A stretch of DNA of 24,358 nucleotides from a virus (taxonomy: Duplodnaviria > Caudoviricetes), in the IMG/VR virus record IMGVR_UViG_3300021963_000633, positions 1 to 24,358 of that record. One strand, 5' to 3'. The notes below the pieces were generated by a model. The model saw only the letters and a list, made by a program, of their open reading frames with translations. It searched no databases and had not been told where the DNA came from. Position 1 is the first letter of the stretch, and every line of letters starts with the position of its first letter. Below, piece by piece: positions 1 through 9,078 of this stretch. Both the position numbers and the translations under genes were made by a program.

Positions 1-1002
1 TGGATAGAATATGGAGTTATAGAACATTGGCAAAACGAAGTCGATGGTCTTAAAAGTGATCAAGATGGTTTAAATGAATACTATCGACAATTCCCAAGAA
101 CAGAGCAACATGCTTTTAGAGATGAAACAAAACAATCTCTATTTAATCTTACTAAGATCTATGAACAAATAGATTATAATGAAGATTTAAGAAATACAAA
201 TATTATAACAAGAGGTAGTTTCCAATGGGAAAATGGTATACCTGATACTAGAGTAATATTTTATCCAAATAAGGATGGAAGGTTTTTAGTTTCTTGGATT
301 CCACCAGTTCATCTTCAAAATAATATTATAATTAAAAATGGAGTTAAATATCCAGGAAATGAACACTTAGGTGCTTTTGGATGTGACCCTTATGATATAT
401 CTGGTACAGTTGATGGTAAAGGATCTAATGGTGCTTTAAGTGGTTTAACTAAATTCTCTATGGAGGAAATACCAGCTAATATGTTTTTCTTAGAATATAT
501 TGCTAGACCTCAGACTGCTGAGATATTTTTCGAAGAAGTGTTAATGGCTTGCGTGTTTTACGGAATGCCTATACTTGCAGAGAATAACAAACCAAGATTA
601 TTATTTCATTTTAAAAGAAGAGGATATAGAGGTTATTCTATGAATCGTCCTGATAAACTTTGGAATAAACTATCTATAACAGAAAGAGATATCGGTGGTA
701 TACCAAACTCAAGTGAAGATGTTAAGCAAGCACATGCTGCTGCGATAGAATCTTATATTGAAGATCACATTGGAATAACTGAACATGGTTATGGAGATAT
801 GTACTTTAATAGAACGTTAAATGATTGGGCTAGATTTAATATTAATGATAGAACAAAATATGATGCTTCTATTAGTTCTGGTTTGGCTATAATGGCTTGC
901 AATAAACATAGATATGCTCCTTCTGCACCAATAATTAGACAGGTTTATAATTTAGGAATAAAAAAATACGATAATACAGGTTCTTTATCAAAAATAACAT
1001 AA
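1..1002 (+). CDS. terL: Terminase large subunit, C-terminal nuclease half (5'-truncated by window edge)
   Basis: Frame 1 is open from base 1 (WIEYGVIEHWQNEVDGLKSDQDGLNEYYRQFPRTEQHAFRDE...) into the listed 460..1002 ORF. It contains GAFGCDPYD (RNase H-like first acidic motif), LAENNKP and TKYDASISSGLA, and lies directly upstream of the portal. Confidence 0.92.
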   Translation, partial: WIEYGVIEHWQNEVDGLKSDQDGLNEYYRQFPRTEQHAFRDETKQSLFNLTKIYEQIDYNEDLRNTNIITRGSFQWENGIPDTRVIFYPNKDGRFLVSWIPPVHLQNNIIIKNGVKYPGNEHLGAFGCDPYDISGTVDGKGSNGALSGLTKFSMEEIPANMFFLEYIARPQTAEIFFEEVLMACVFYGMPILAENNKPRLLFHFKRRGYRGYSMNRPDKLWNKLSITERDIGGIPNSSEDVKQAHAAAIESYIEDHIGITEHGYGDMYFNRTLNDWARFNINDRTKYDASISSGLAIMACNKHRYAPSAPIIRQVYNLGIKKYDNTGSLSKIT

Positions 1003-1006
1003 ATAG

Positions 1007-3400
1007 ATGAATATATACACAAATACAAACAGTGCGTTTCCAAGTCAGGTGGTACCAGATTCGGTTAAAGCTTCTGAAGAGTATGGTTTACAGGTTTCTC
1101 GTGCTATCGAACAAGAATGGTTTGAGCAAGGTAGAACTACTCAAAATCGATACTTAACTAATTGGAATCAATTCCACCAATTAAGATTGTATGCAAGAGG
1201 AGAACAATCTATACAAAAGTATAAAGATGAATTAGCTACTAATGGTGATTTATCTTATCTTAATCTAGATTGGAAACCTGTTCCTGTAATATCTAAATTC
1301 GTAGACATTGTAGTAAATGGAATGTCTCAAAAATCATACGATATAAAGGCTTATGCTGAAGATCAAGAATCTGTAAAAAATAGAACAGAATACGCTAAGT
1401 CTATATTAAGAGACATGTATTCACAAGACTTGCTTAATAAAGCAAAATCTATAACAGGACTTGATTTTTCTGCTTCTCCATTATCAGCAGACGAGTTACC
1501 ACAATCAAAAGAAGAACTTGATTTACACATGCAGCTTTCTTACAAACAATCTATAGAGATTGCAGAGGAAGAAGCTATCAATAATGTCTTAGACAACAAT
1601 AAATGGGATTTAACTAGAAGAAGATTAAATTACGATTTAACTGTATTAGGTATTGCTTGTGTTAAAACAGAGTTTAATTTAAGTGAAGGAATTAAAACTA
1701 CTTATGTAGATCCTGCTTATTTAGTATATTCGTACACAGAAGATCCTAACTTTGATGATATATATTATGCTGGAGAAGTTAAAGCTATAACTATACCAGA
1801 ATTAAAGAAACAATTTCCTCACATATCTGATGAAGAATTATATAAAATTCAACAGATGCCAGGTAATAGACAGTACATTACTGGTTGGGGTAATTACGAT
1901 GAGAATACTGTTCAGATTTTATATTTTGAATATAAAACTTACATGAACCAAGTGTTTAAAATAAAATATGGAGAAAATGGCTTAGAAAAAGCTATTGAAA
2001 AAACAGATGATTTTAATCCACCTCCAAGCGATAATTTTGAAAGAGTATCAAGAACTATAGAAGTATTATACACAGGTGCTAAAGTACTTGGAACAAATAC
2101 TATGTTAGAATGGAAACTTTCTGAAAATATGTCAAGACCTTTTGCGGATACTACTAGAGTTCAAATGAACTATGTAATATGTGCGCCAAGAATGTATAAA
2201 GGTAGAATTGATTCTATAGTAAACAGAATTACTGGTTTTGCTGATATGATTCAATTGACACACCTGAAGTTACAACAAGTTATGTCTAGAATAGTTCCAG
2301 ATGGGGTGTTCTTAGATATAGATGGTTTAGCAGAAGTTGATCTAGGTAATGGAACTAATTACAATCCAGCAGAAGCATTAAATATGTATTTTCAAACTGG
2401 TAGTATAGTTGGTAGATCCATGTCACAAGACGGTGGTTTAAACCAAGGTAAAGTTCCTATTCAAGAATTAAACAGTTCTTCTGGTCAAGCTAAAATACAA
2501 TCACTTATAGAAACATATCAATACTATTTACAACTTATAAGAGATGTAACTGGATTGAACGAAGCAAGAGATGGTAGTAGTCCAGATAGAGATACATTAG
2601 TAGGATTGCAAAAGATGGCCGCTAATGCATCAAATACCGCTACGAGACATATATTACAAGCAAGCAGTTATTTGACTCTTAGAACTTGCGAGAACATCTC
2701 TCTTAGAATTGCTGATTGTTTAGACTTTCCTTTAACGGCTAAAGTATTAGAAGATAGTATTACTACTTATAATGCTGCTACGTTAAGAGAATTAAAAACA
2801 TTAAATCTTTATAACTTTGGTATATATCTAGAATTAGAACCAGACGAAGAAGAAAAAGCAATGTTAGAACAAAACATACAGATATGTTTACAAAGTGGAT
2901 CTATTGATTTAGACGATGCTATTGATATCAGACAAGTTAAAAACTTAAAACTTGCTAATCAATTACTTAAATTGAGAAAAGCAAAAAGACAAAAAGCTGC
3001 TCAAGAAGCTCAAATGGCTAATATTCAAGCACAAGCACAAGCTAATCAACAAACTGCTGAAAAAGCTGCTTTATTTGAAGTACAAAAACAACAAGCGTTA
3101 ACACAAGAAACTATAAACATAGAAACTGCAAAATCACAACTTAGTATGCAGAAACTACAGGTTGAAGCACAATTGAAACAACAAATGATGCAGAAACAAT
3201 TCGAGTATGATATGCAACTTGCTCAGATAAAAGCACAAACAGAAGCACAGAATATAAAAGAAGCAGAAGACAGAAAAGACGAAAGAACAAGAATTCAAGC
3301 TTCTCAACAATCTGAATTAGTTAATCAGAGAAAGAATAATGCAATGCCGTTAAATTTTGAATCTAGTGAGTTTACTGGATTACAAAATATGGGTATGTAA
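1007..3400 (+). CDS. Portal protein (crAss-like/P22-like, long C-terminal coiled-coil barrel)
   Basis: 797 aa, follows TerL. Motifs LRLYARGEQ, LDWKPVPVISKFVDIVVNG and IRDVTGLNEARDGS; Q/A/E/K-rich helical C-terminus. Confidence 0.9.
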   Translation: MNIYTNTNSAFPSQVVPDSVKASEEYGLQVSRAIEQEWFEQGRTTQNRYLTNWNQFHQLRLYARGEQSIQKYKDELATNGDLSYLNLDWKPVPVISKFVDIVVNGMSQKSYDIKAYAEDQESVKNRTEYAKSILRDMYSQDLLNKAKSITGLDFSASPLSADELPQSKEELDLHMQLSYKQSIEIAEEEAINNVLDNNKWDLTRRRLNYDLTVLGIACVKTEFNLSEGIKTTYVDPAYLVYSYTEDPNFDDIYYAGEVKAITIPELKKQFPHISDEELYKIQQMPGNRQYITGWGNYDENTVQILYFEYKTYMNQVFKIKYGENGLEKAIEKTDDFNPPPSDNFERVSRTIEVLYTGAKVLGTNTMLEWKLSENMSRPFADTTRVQMNYVICAPRMYKGRIDSIVNRITGFADMIQLTHLKLQQVMSRIVPDGVFLDIDGLAEVDLGNGTNYNPAEALNMYFQTGSIVGRSMSQDGGLNQGKVPIQELNSSSGQAKIQSLIETYQYYLQLIRDVTGLNEARDGSSPDRDTLVGLQKMAANASNTATRHILQASSYLTLRTCENISLRIADCLDFPLTAKVLEDSITTYNAATLRELKTLNLYNFGIYLELEPDEEEKAMLEQNIQICLQSGSIDLDDAIDIRQVKNLKLANQLLKLRKAKRQKAAQEAQMANIQAQAQANQQTAEKAALFEVQKQQALTQETINIETAKSQLSMQKLQVEAQLKQQMMQKQFEYDMQLAQIKAQTEAQNIKEAEDRKDERTRIQASQQSELVNQRKNNAMPLNFESSEFTGLQNMGM

Positions 3401-3412
3401 ATAAAAAACAAC

Positions 3413-3435
3413 TATTAAATTATATTATATTATGG
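3413..3435 (+). promoter_or_regulatory. Conserved 23-nt leader TATTAAATTATATTATATTATGG, copy 1
   Basis: Identical to 6155..6177; includes the ATG of the downstream gene. Confidence 0.6.
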
Positions 3436-4622
3436 AACAATCGATTAAACAAGAGGGTGAATTTAAAATGTCTAAACCTAAAAAACCTAGAAATCTAAAT
3501 AAAGTAGATAACATAGTAAAGGTTGAAATATTAGATGAACCAAAAACACAAGAACAAGAAATTCAAAAAGTAATAATCCCTAATACACCAGAAAATGCCA
3601 TTCAAGAGCAAAGCACAGAGAAAGGCGTGTTACGCACAGAACAATCCGAAGTGGAACTGCAAGCAATGGGACAAGGAAACGAAGAGTCCTTTGAAAATGT
3701 TATTCAAGAAATTACAGACGAAGAAATAAAAGTAGAGTCTGAAAAAATTGAACAAGAAGTAGAAAGACATATTCAGGAGCAAGTTAATACTGGAAAACCT
3801 TTACCACAAAACATCGAAAAGTTAGTTAGTTTCATGGAAGAAACTGGTGGTACTATAGAAGATTATATTAGATTAAATACTGATTATTCTAGTATAGATG
3901 AAAATACTTTATTAAGAGAGTATTATAAAAATACTAAACCTCATTTAGATAGAAGTGAAATTGATTTCTTAATGGAAGATAATTTTGCTTACGATGAGGA
4001 TTTAGATGAAGAGCGAGATATTAGAAAAAAGAAACTCGCATTTAAAGAAGAAGTTGTAAAAGCCAAAAAATTCTTAGAAAATGTTAAGGATAAATATTAC
4101 GATGAGATCAAGTTGAACTCTAATGTAAATCCAGAATATCAAGAAGCTTTTGACTTTTTCAACAGATACAAGAAGAACGAAGAGCAAACAAATGCACAAC
4201 GTGAAAGATTTAGAACTCAAACTAAAAATTTATTTAACAACGATTTCAAAGGTTTTGAATATAATGTTGGAGATAAGAGATTTAGATATGGCATTCAAAA
4301 TCCAGAACAAGTGGCAGAGAAACAATCGGACATCGCTAATTTTGTTGGGAAGTTCCTAGACAAAGACGGAAACGTCAACGATCAAGTAAGTTATCATAAA
4401 GCTCTTTACTCCGCTATGAATGCCGATAAGATTGCACAACACTTTTACGAACAAGGTAAAGCAGATGCAGTTAAAGAGGTTATTAACAATTCTAAAAACC
4501 CATCATTAGGCCAACCAAGACAAGCTCCTGGTGAAGTGTTTATAAACGGTTTAAAAGTTAAATCAATAAGTGGATTCGATTCTTCTAAATTAAAAATACA
4601 AACAAAAAAATTTAACAATTAA
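3432..4622 (+). CDS. Acidic capsid scaffolding/assembly-like protein
   Basis: 396 aa, E/Q/K-rich, disordered N-terminus and helical C-terminus, located between portal and MCP. Confidence 0.7.
   Translation: MEQSIKQEGEFKMSKPKKPRNLNKVDNIVKVEILDEPKTQEQEIQKVIIPNTPENAIQEQSTEKGVLRTEQSEVELQAMGQGNEESFENVIQEITDEEIKVESEKIEQEVERHIQEQVNTGKPLPQNIEKLVSFMEETGGTIEDYIRLNTDYSSIDENTLLREYYKNTKPHLDRSEIDFLMEDNFAYDEDLDEERDIRKKKLAFKEEVVKAKKFLENVKDKYYDEIKLNSNVNPEYQEAFDFFNRYKKNEEQTNAQRERFRTQTKNLFNNDFKGFEYNVGDKRFRYGIQNPEQVAEKQSDIANFVGKFLDKDGNVNDQVSYHKALYSAMNADKIAQHFYEQGKADAVKEVINNSKNPSLGQPRQAPGEVFINGLKVKSISGFDSSKLKIQTKKFNN
3595..3729 (+). CDS. Putative nested overlapping small basic protein, 44 aa (MPFKSKAQRKACYAQNNPKWNCKQWDKETKSPLKMLFKKLQTKK), +1 frame inside scaffold gene
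   Basis: ATG at 3595 in an A-rich context (GAAA-ATG), TAA at 3727-3729. The host frame is locally GC-richer with atypical codons. The N-terminus resembles small phage proteins that I recall beginning MPFKS(K/E)xQR. Confidence 0.6.
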   Translation: MPFKSKAQRKACYAQNNPKWNCKQWDKETKSPLKMLFKKLQTKK

Positions 4623-4633
4623 AAATTACAATT

Positions 4634-6094
4634 ATGGCAAATGTATTTCCAGAATTTGGATCTATTAAACCGTCTCAAAAGCAACAAGCTTTAGACACAA
4701 ACTATTTAAACTTTACGAGTGGAGCTAATGACTTTGCTCAACAATATTTACCAGAGATCTACGAAGCAGAAGTAGAGCGTTACGGAAACAGAACTTTATC
4801 TGGTTTCTTACGTATGGTAGGTGCTGAAATGCCTATGTCTTCTGACCAAATCGTATGGTCTGAACAAAACCGTTTACACATTGCTTACAACCAAGTATCT
4901 GTTACAGGTGCTAACGAATTAAAATTTGTTACTGGTGGTACTGGTTCTAACTTTGTAAACAACGTAATTTCTGTTGGACAAACTTTAGTTATTATGAGTC
5001 CTTCTACAGGAAAAGAACTTAAAGTATATGTAACAGCTTCAACTGCTAACCCATCTACTGGAGCTGGTGGTTCTACAAACCCAGCTGTTCTTACAGTTCA
5101 ACCTTATACTCAATCAGACTTAACAACTGGTGCAATTGCATTTCCTGTTACGACTGTTGGTAATGGAGATCTTAAAATCTTCGTTTATGGTTCTGAATTC
5201 AAAAAAGGAGACACAGACGCTACTTTAAACTCTGTAACTCCATCTTTCACTCAATATAGTAACTCTCCAGTTATTATTAAAGAGAAATACCAAATCTCTG
5301 GATCTGACACAGCTCAAATCGGTTGGGTTGAAGTTGCTACAGAAAACGGAGCAAGCGGATACTTATGGTATTTAAAAGCAGAATCTGAAACTCGTTTACG
5401 TTTTGAAGATTACTTAGAAATGGTTGTTATTGAAGGTGAATTAGCTACTAACTCAACTTTGACTGCTGCTAAAATTAAAGGTACTCAAGGTCTTTTCTCT
5501 GCTATCAAAGAAAGAGGAAATGTAGTTAACAATTTTACTGCTGCATCTGGTTTATCTGATTTCGATTCAATCTTGAAAAACTTAGATACTCAAGGAGCTA
5601 TTGAAGAAAACATGTTCTTCTTGAACAGAGCTACTTCATTAGATTTCGATGACATGTTAGCTTCTTTGTCTGCTGGTGCTGCTGGTGGTGTTGCTTACGG
5701 ATTATTCGAAAACTCTGAGCAAATGGCATTAAACTTAGGTTTCTCTGGTTTCAGAAGAGGTTCTTACGATTTCTACAAAACTGACTGGAAGTACTTAAAT
5801 GATGCTTCTACTCGTGGTGGTATGAATGTATCTAGTATCGATGGAGTTCTTATTCCAGCTGGTACAACTACAGTTTACGATCAACAATTAGGAACTAACA
5901 TCCGTCGTCCATTCTTACACGTTCGTTATAGAGCTAACCAAGCTGATGACAGACGTATGAAAAACTGGATCACTGGATCTGTTGGAGGAGCTTACACATC
6001 TGATTTAGATGCAATGCAAGTACACTTCTTATCAGAAAGATGTTTAGTTACTCAAGCTGCTAACAACTTCGTATTGTTCACAGCTACTGCATAA
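4634..6094 (+). CDS. Major capsid protein (HK97 fold, crAss-like)
   Basis: 486 aa. Motifs FAQQYLPEIYEAEVERYGNRT, WSEQNRLH, LNLGFSGFRRGSYDFYKTDWKYLND and HFLSERCL. Strong high-expression codon bias (TTC, ATC, AAC, CGT). Followed by a hairpin. Confidence 0.92.
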   Translation: MANVFPEFGSIKPSQKQQALDTNYLNFTSGANDFAQQYLPEIYEAEVERYGNRTLSGFLRMVGAEMPMSSDQIVWSEQNRLHIAYNQVSVTGANELKFVTGGTGSNFVNNVISVGQTLVIMSPSTGKELKVYVTASTANPSTGAGGSTNPAVLTVQPYTQSDLTTGAIAFPVTTVGNGDLKIFVYGSEFKKGDTDATLNSVTPSFTQYSNSPVIIKEKYQISGSDTAQIGWVEVATENGASGYLWYLKAESETRLRFEDYLEMVVIEGELATNSTLTAAKIKGTQGLFSAIKERGNVVNNFTAASGLSDFDSILKNLDTQGAIEENMFFLNRATSLDFDDMLASLSAGAAGGVAYGLFENSEQMALNLGFSGFRRGSYDFYKTDWKYLNDASTRGGMNVSSIDGVLIPAGTTTVYDQQLGTNIRRPFLHVRYRANQADDRRMKNWITGSVGGAYTSDLDAMQVHFLSERCLVTQAANNFVLFTATA

Positions 6095-6102
6095 CAAAAA
6101 TG

Positions 6103-6142
6103 GTAATATTACCCTCGTTGAACTGACGGGGGTAATTATTAC
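6103..6142 (+). terminator. Stem-loop after MCP (terminator or mRNA-stabilising hairpin)
   Basis: GTAATATTACCCTCGT-TGAACTG-ACGGGGGTAATTATTAC: about 16 bp with one bulge and one U-G pair; only a weak U tract (TCTT) follows. Confidence 0.65.
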
Positions 6143-6154
6143 TCTTAAATAAAT

Positions 6155-6177
6155 TATTAAATTATATTATATTATGG
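6155..6177 (+). promoter_or_regulatory. Conserved 23-nt leader, copy 2
   Basis: Identical to 3413..3435. Confidence 0.6.
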
Positions 6178-7049
6178 CAATTCAAAAACAAAATACAAAA
6201 GCAAAAGAAGTAGAAACTACAGTAAACGAAGTTGATATGGTTAATGAAATAGAAGTCAATGAACCTACTGAAGTTATTACTAAAAAAATCAACGTATCGA
6301 AACCTACTAAACCAGCGTGGGAAATTAAAGATAGAACATATATCATCGCTGATGGTACATCGCCTATAACTTACACACTTCAAAGTAGACATTCTCTTAG
6401 ATATCCTTTATTGTGGTTTAACAAAGAAACTGGAGATCAAGAAGAACTACGATACGCTACAAATCAAAATTCACCTTTAGTTAGCGAGCAAAAAGGACAA
6501 GCAACTTTAGGTCATATTATATTTGAAGACGGAATATTAAACGTTCCAAAAGAAAAACAAAATTTACAAAAACTATTATCTTTATATCATCCTGGTCTAA
6601 ATAAGAAGTATATGGAATTCGATCCACTTGTTGAAGCAGAAGATGAATTAGATCAAATTGAATTAGAAGTAGAAGCAATGAATGCTGCTTTTAACATGGA
6701 TATTGATGAAGCTGAAGCAATAGTTAGAGTAGAAGTTGGTTCTAGAGTCAATAAGATGAGTTCTAAGGAAATAAAAAGAGATTTACTATTACTAGCTAGA
6801 AGAAATCCATCTTTATTCTTAGAATTAGCAAATGACGAAAACGTTCAGTTAAGAAATATTGCTATCGTAGCTGCTGAACAAAATATTATTAAACTATCAC
6901 AAGATCAAAGAACATTCATGTGGGGTGAAAATGATAGAAAATTAATGACAGTGCCTTTTGATGAAAATCCATACTCGGCAATGGCAGCATTCTTTAAGAC
7001 AGATGAAGGTATGTTAATCTTCAAGTCTATAGAGAAAAAACTAAAATAA
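6174..7049 (+). CDS. Conserved crAss-like protein encoded directly after MCP, function unknown
   Basis: 291 aa with WEIKDRTY, ELRYATNQNSP and VPFDENPYSAMAAFFKTDEG; syntenic position. Confidence 0.7.
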   Translation: MAIQKQNTKAKEVETTVNEVDMVNEIEVNEPTEVITKKINVSKPTKPAWEIKDRTYIIADGTSPITYTLQSRHSLRYPLLWFNKETGDQEELRYATNQNSPLVSEQKGQATLGHIIFEDGILNVPKEKQNLQKLLSLYHPGLNKKYMEFDPLVEAEDELDQIELEVEAMNAAFNMDIDEAEAIVRVEVGSRVNKMSSKEIKRDLLLLARRNPSLFLELANDENVQLRNIAIVAAEQNIIKLSQDQRTFMWGENDRKLMTVPFDENPYSAMAAFFKTDEGMLIFKSIEKKLK

Positions 7050-7059
7050 CGTGTAATAC

Positions 7060-7111
7060 TAATAAGTAGGCGGTTATTGTACTTAAAACTGCAATAACTG
7101 CCTAATTATTA
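7060..7111 (+). terminator. Long intergenic stem-loop (terminator or processing site)
   Basis: TAATAAGTAGGCGGTTATTGTA-CTTAAAAC-TGCAATAACTGCCTAATTATTA: 22-position stem with two G-U pairs and one mismatch. Confidence 0.6.
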
Positions 7112-7126
7112 TAATAAAAATAACAT

Positions 7127-7840
7127 ATGGCGGTAAACGTAAATACAGTTTATAGAACTGTTTTATTAATTCTTAATAAAGAACAAAGAGGATATCTAAC
7201 ACCTGATGAATTTAATAAAACTGCAGCACAAGTTCAACTTGAAATGTTTAATGAATATTTTGAAGATCTAAACCAACACTTGCGTGTACAAGGTAACGAT
7301 ACAGAATATGCTGATAGGGTTAAAAATTTAGAAGAAAAAATAGCTATATTTCAAGAGGAAGCACCATGTACTTATAGTGGTGGGTCTTTTCAATTAAATA
7401 TACCTACTTCTTCACCTCAACCAGAACTTTATAAGTTAGGAACCGTTGTATATAAAGATGAAAAAGAAGTTCAATATGTTCAACCAAATGAATTGTTAGA
7501 ACTTAATTTATCACCAATAACAAAACCTTCTTTATATTGGCCGGTATATACATATAAAAACTTCAAAATAAATGTATATCCTTCTAGCATAACAACAGAT
7601 ATAAAATGTACCTATATTAGAAAACCATACGATCCAGTATGGAATTTTACATCATCTGCACCAAATTACACATACGTGTATAACCCAAGTACTTCTGTTA
7701 ACTTTGATTTACATCCTACAGAGCAAACTAATATCATTATAAAAATATTACTATATTCTGGTGTGATTATAAAAGATCCTCAAATAGTACAAGCAGCTGC
7801 TCAACAGATACAAAGCGAAAACATTAATTCAAAAAGCTAA
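7127..7840 (+). CDS. Tail ring / head-tail adaptor (tail tubular, P22 gp4-like) protein
   Basis: 237 aa; N-terminal helices VYRTVLLILNKEQRGYLTPDEFNKTA, beta-rich core, YIRKP motif; synteny. Confidence 0.7.
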   Translation: MAVNVNTVYRTVLLILNKEQRGYLTPDEFNKTAAQVQLEMFNEYFEDLNQHLRVQGNDTEYADRVKNLEEKIAIFQEEAPCTYSGGSFQLNIPTSSPQPELYKLGTVVYKDEKEVQYVQPNELLELNLSPITKPSLYWPVYTYKNFKINVYPSSITTDIKCTYIRKPYDPVWNFTSSAPNYTYVYNPSTSVNFDLHPTEQTNIIIKILLYSGVIIKDPQIVQAAAQQIQSENINSKS

Positions 7841-7846
7841 TAAATT

Positions 7847-9073
7847 ATGCCAACTCCAAATAACGGTTTAATAACCGAATCAAATAGACAATACTACGAA
7901 GGAGCACAAGGTTTTATTTCTCAAGCTGGACAGACACAATTCCTAACTACATTTAATACTAATTTAGTTTTAGGTAATTACAGTCCGTCTACTGTAGATT
8001 ATGCTTTGAATAACTTTAAATTATATACTAGTACTACTGGACTTCCAGGAACATTTGCTGAATACACATCGTCATATACTGTTGTAGATAATTTAATAAC
8101 ATTTCCATCTGCTTTAACTACAGGTACTTACGTTGTAGTTCAGTTAAAAACATTAGATGGTGGAAATTACGGTACAAGTTTATCAGAGAAAGCATACGGA
8201 AACACAGTTGAAGATAACTATGGTTCTTATGCTTATATATCTTTAAATGATATAGTAAACAACTTTATGGTAGGTTACGTTGGTACTGGAAAACTTATAA
8301 ATTCAGTTAAAAGAACTGATGTTATATTCCACGCTAAAAGAAGTATGCAGGAATTTAGTTATGATACTTTGAAAAGTATAAAATCAATGGAACTTAATAT
8401 TCCTCATAGTTTAAGCGTTGTAATACCTCAAGACTATGTTAATTATGTTCGTATGTCTTGGATAGATCATCAAGGTGTTAAACATATAATCTATCCAACA
8501 AATAATTTAACTATAGACCCATACGAAAACCCTATACAAGCACAGGATGGAGTTCCTATGCAGGATAACTTTGGTTCTAACATAGAAGGTACTTCTATTA
8601 CTGAATACAGATGGAAAAGAAACAATGTAGACGAATTATTATTTGATTACAATGATTTCGTAGGTGATTGGTATAATGGAGACATGTGGGTTCAAGATGC
8701 TTTTTATGGAAGAAGATATGGATTAGATCCACAGTATTCTAACATGAATGGTTATTTTACTATAAATGACAGAGAAAATAAAATATCTTTTAGTAGTAAT
8801 CTAGTAGGTAGGTTAATCGTGTTAGAATATGTTTCTGATGGATTAGCTTATGATTTAGATTCTAGAGTGCCTAAAATGGCAGAGGAAGCAATGTATGCGT
8901 ATATATTACATGCGATTATTTCTACTCGTGCTAATCAACCTGAATATCTAGTACAAAGACTACGTCAAGAAAAAAATGCTAAACTAAGAAATACAAAAAT
9001 AAGATTATCTAATATTAAATTAGAAGAAATCACTCAAGTATTACGAGGTAAATCTAAATGGATTAAACACTAA
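7847..9073 (+). CDS. Second ring / tail structural protein with N-terminal beta-rich extension
   Basis: 408 aa; YISLNDIVNNFM, DVIFHAKRSMQEFSYD, IPQDYVNYVRMSW, LEYVSDG, C-terminal LRGKSKWIKH. Confidence 0.65.
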   Translation: MPTPNNGLITESNRQYYEGAQGFISQAGQTQFLTTFNTNLVLGNYSPSTVDYALNNFKLYTSTTGLPGTFAEYTSSYTVVDNLITFPSALTTGTYVVVQLKTLDGGNYGTSLSEKAYGNTVEDNYGSYAYISLNDIVNNFMVGYVGTGKLINSVKRTDVIFHAKRSMQEFSYDTLKSIKSMELNIPHSLSVVIPQDYVNYVRMSWIDHQGVKHIIYPTNNLTIDPYENPIQAQDGVPMQDNFGSNIEGTSITEYRWKRNNVDELLFDYNDFVGDWYNGDMWVQDAFYGRRYGLDPQYSNMNGYFTINDRENKISFSSNLVGRLIVLEYVSDGLAYDLDSRVPKMAEEAMYAYILHAIISTRANQPEYLVQRLRQEKNAKLRNTKIRLSNIKLEEITQVLRGKSKWIKH

Positions 9074-9078
9074 ATAAA

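Noticed and set aside
460-1002. 180-aa ORF as a stand-alone gene
   Set aside because: The frame is open from base 1; it is the C-terminal part of TerL.
2995-3070. Short GCACAA/GCTCAA repeats in the portal gene
   Set aside because: They reflect AQAQAQ coiled-coil coding, not a DNA repeat element or CRISPR array.
4025-4031. In-phase A_AAA_AAG in the scaffold gene
   Set aside because: Explained by RKKK coding. There is no evident 3' stem, and the -1 frame stops after four codons.
4150-4359. 69-aa +1-frame ORF inside the scaffold gene
   Set aside because: TTG start, no recognisable motif, and the host frame here looks like ordinary folded-domain coding sequence; likely a shadow ORF.
6162-6392. 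Minus-strand 76-aa ORF
   Set aside because: Antisense shadow of a K/E-rich gene; F-rich composition is typical of such artefacts.
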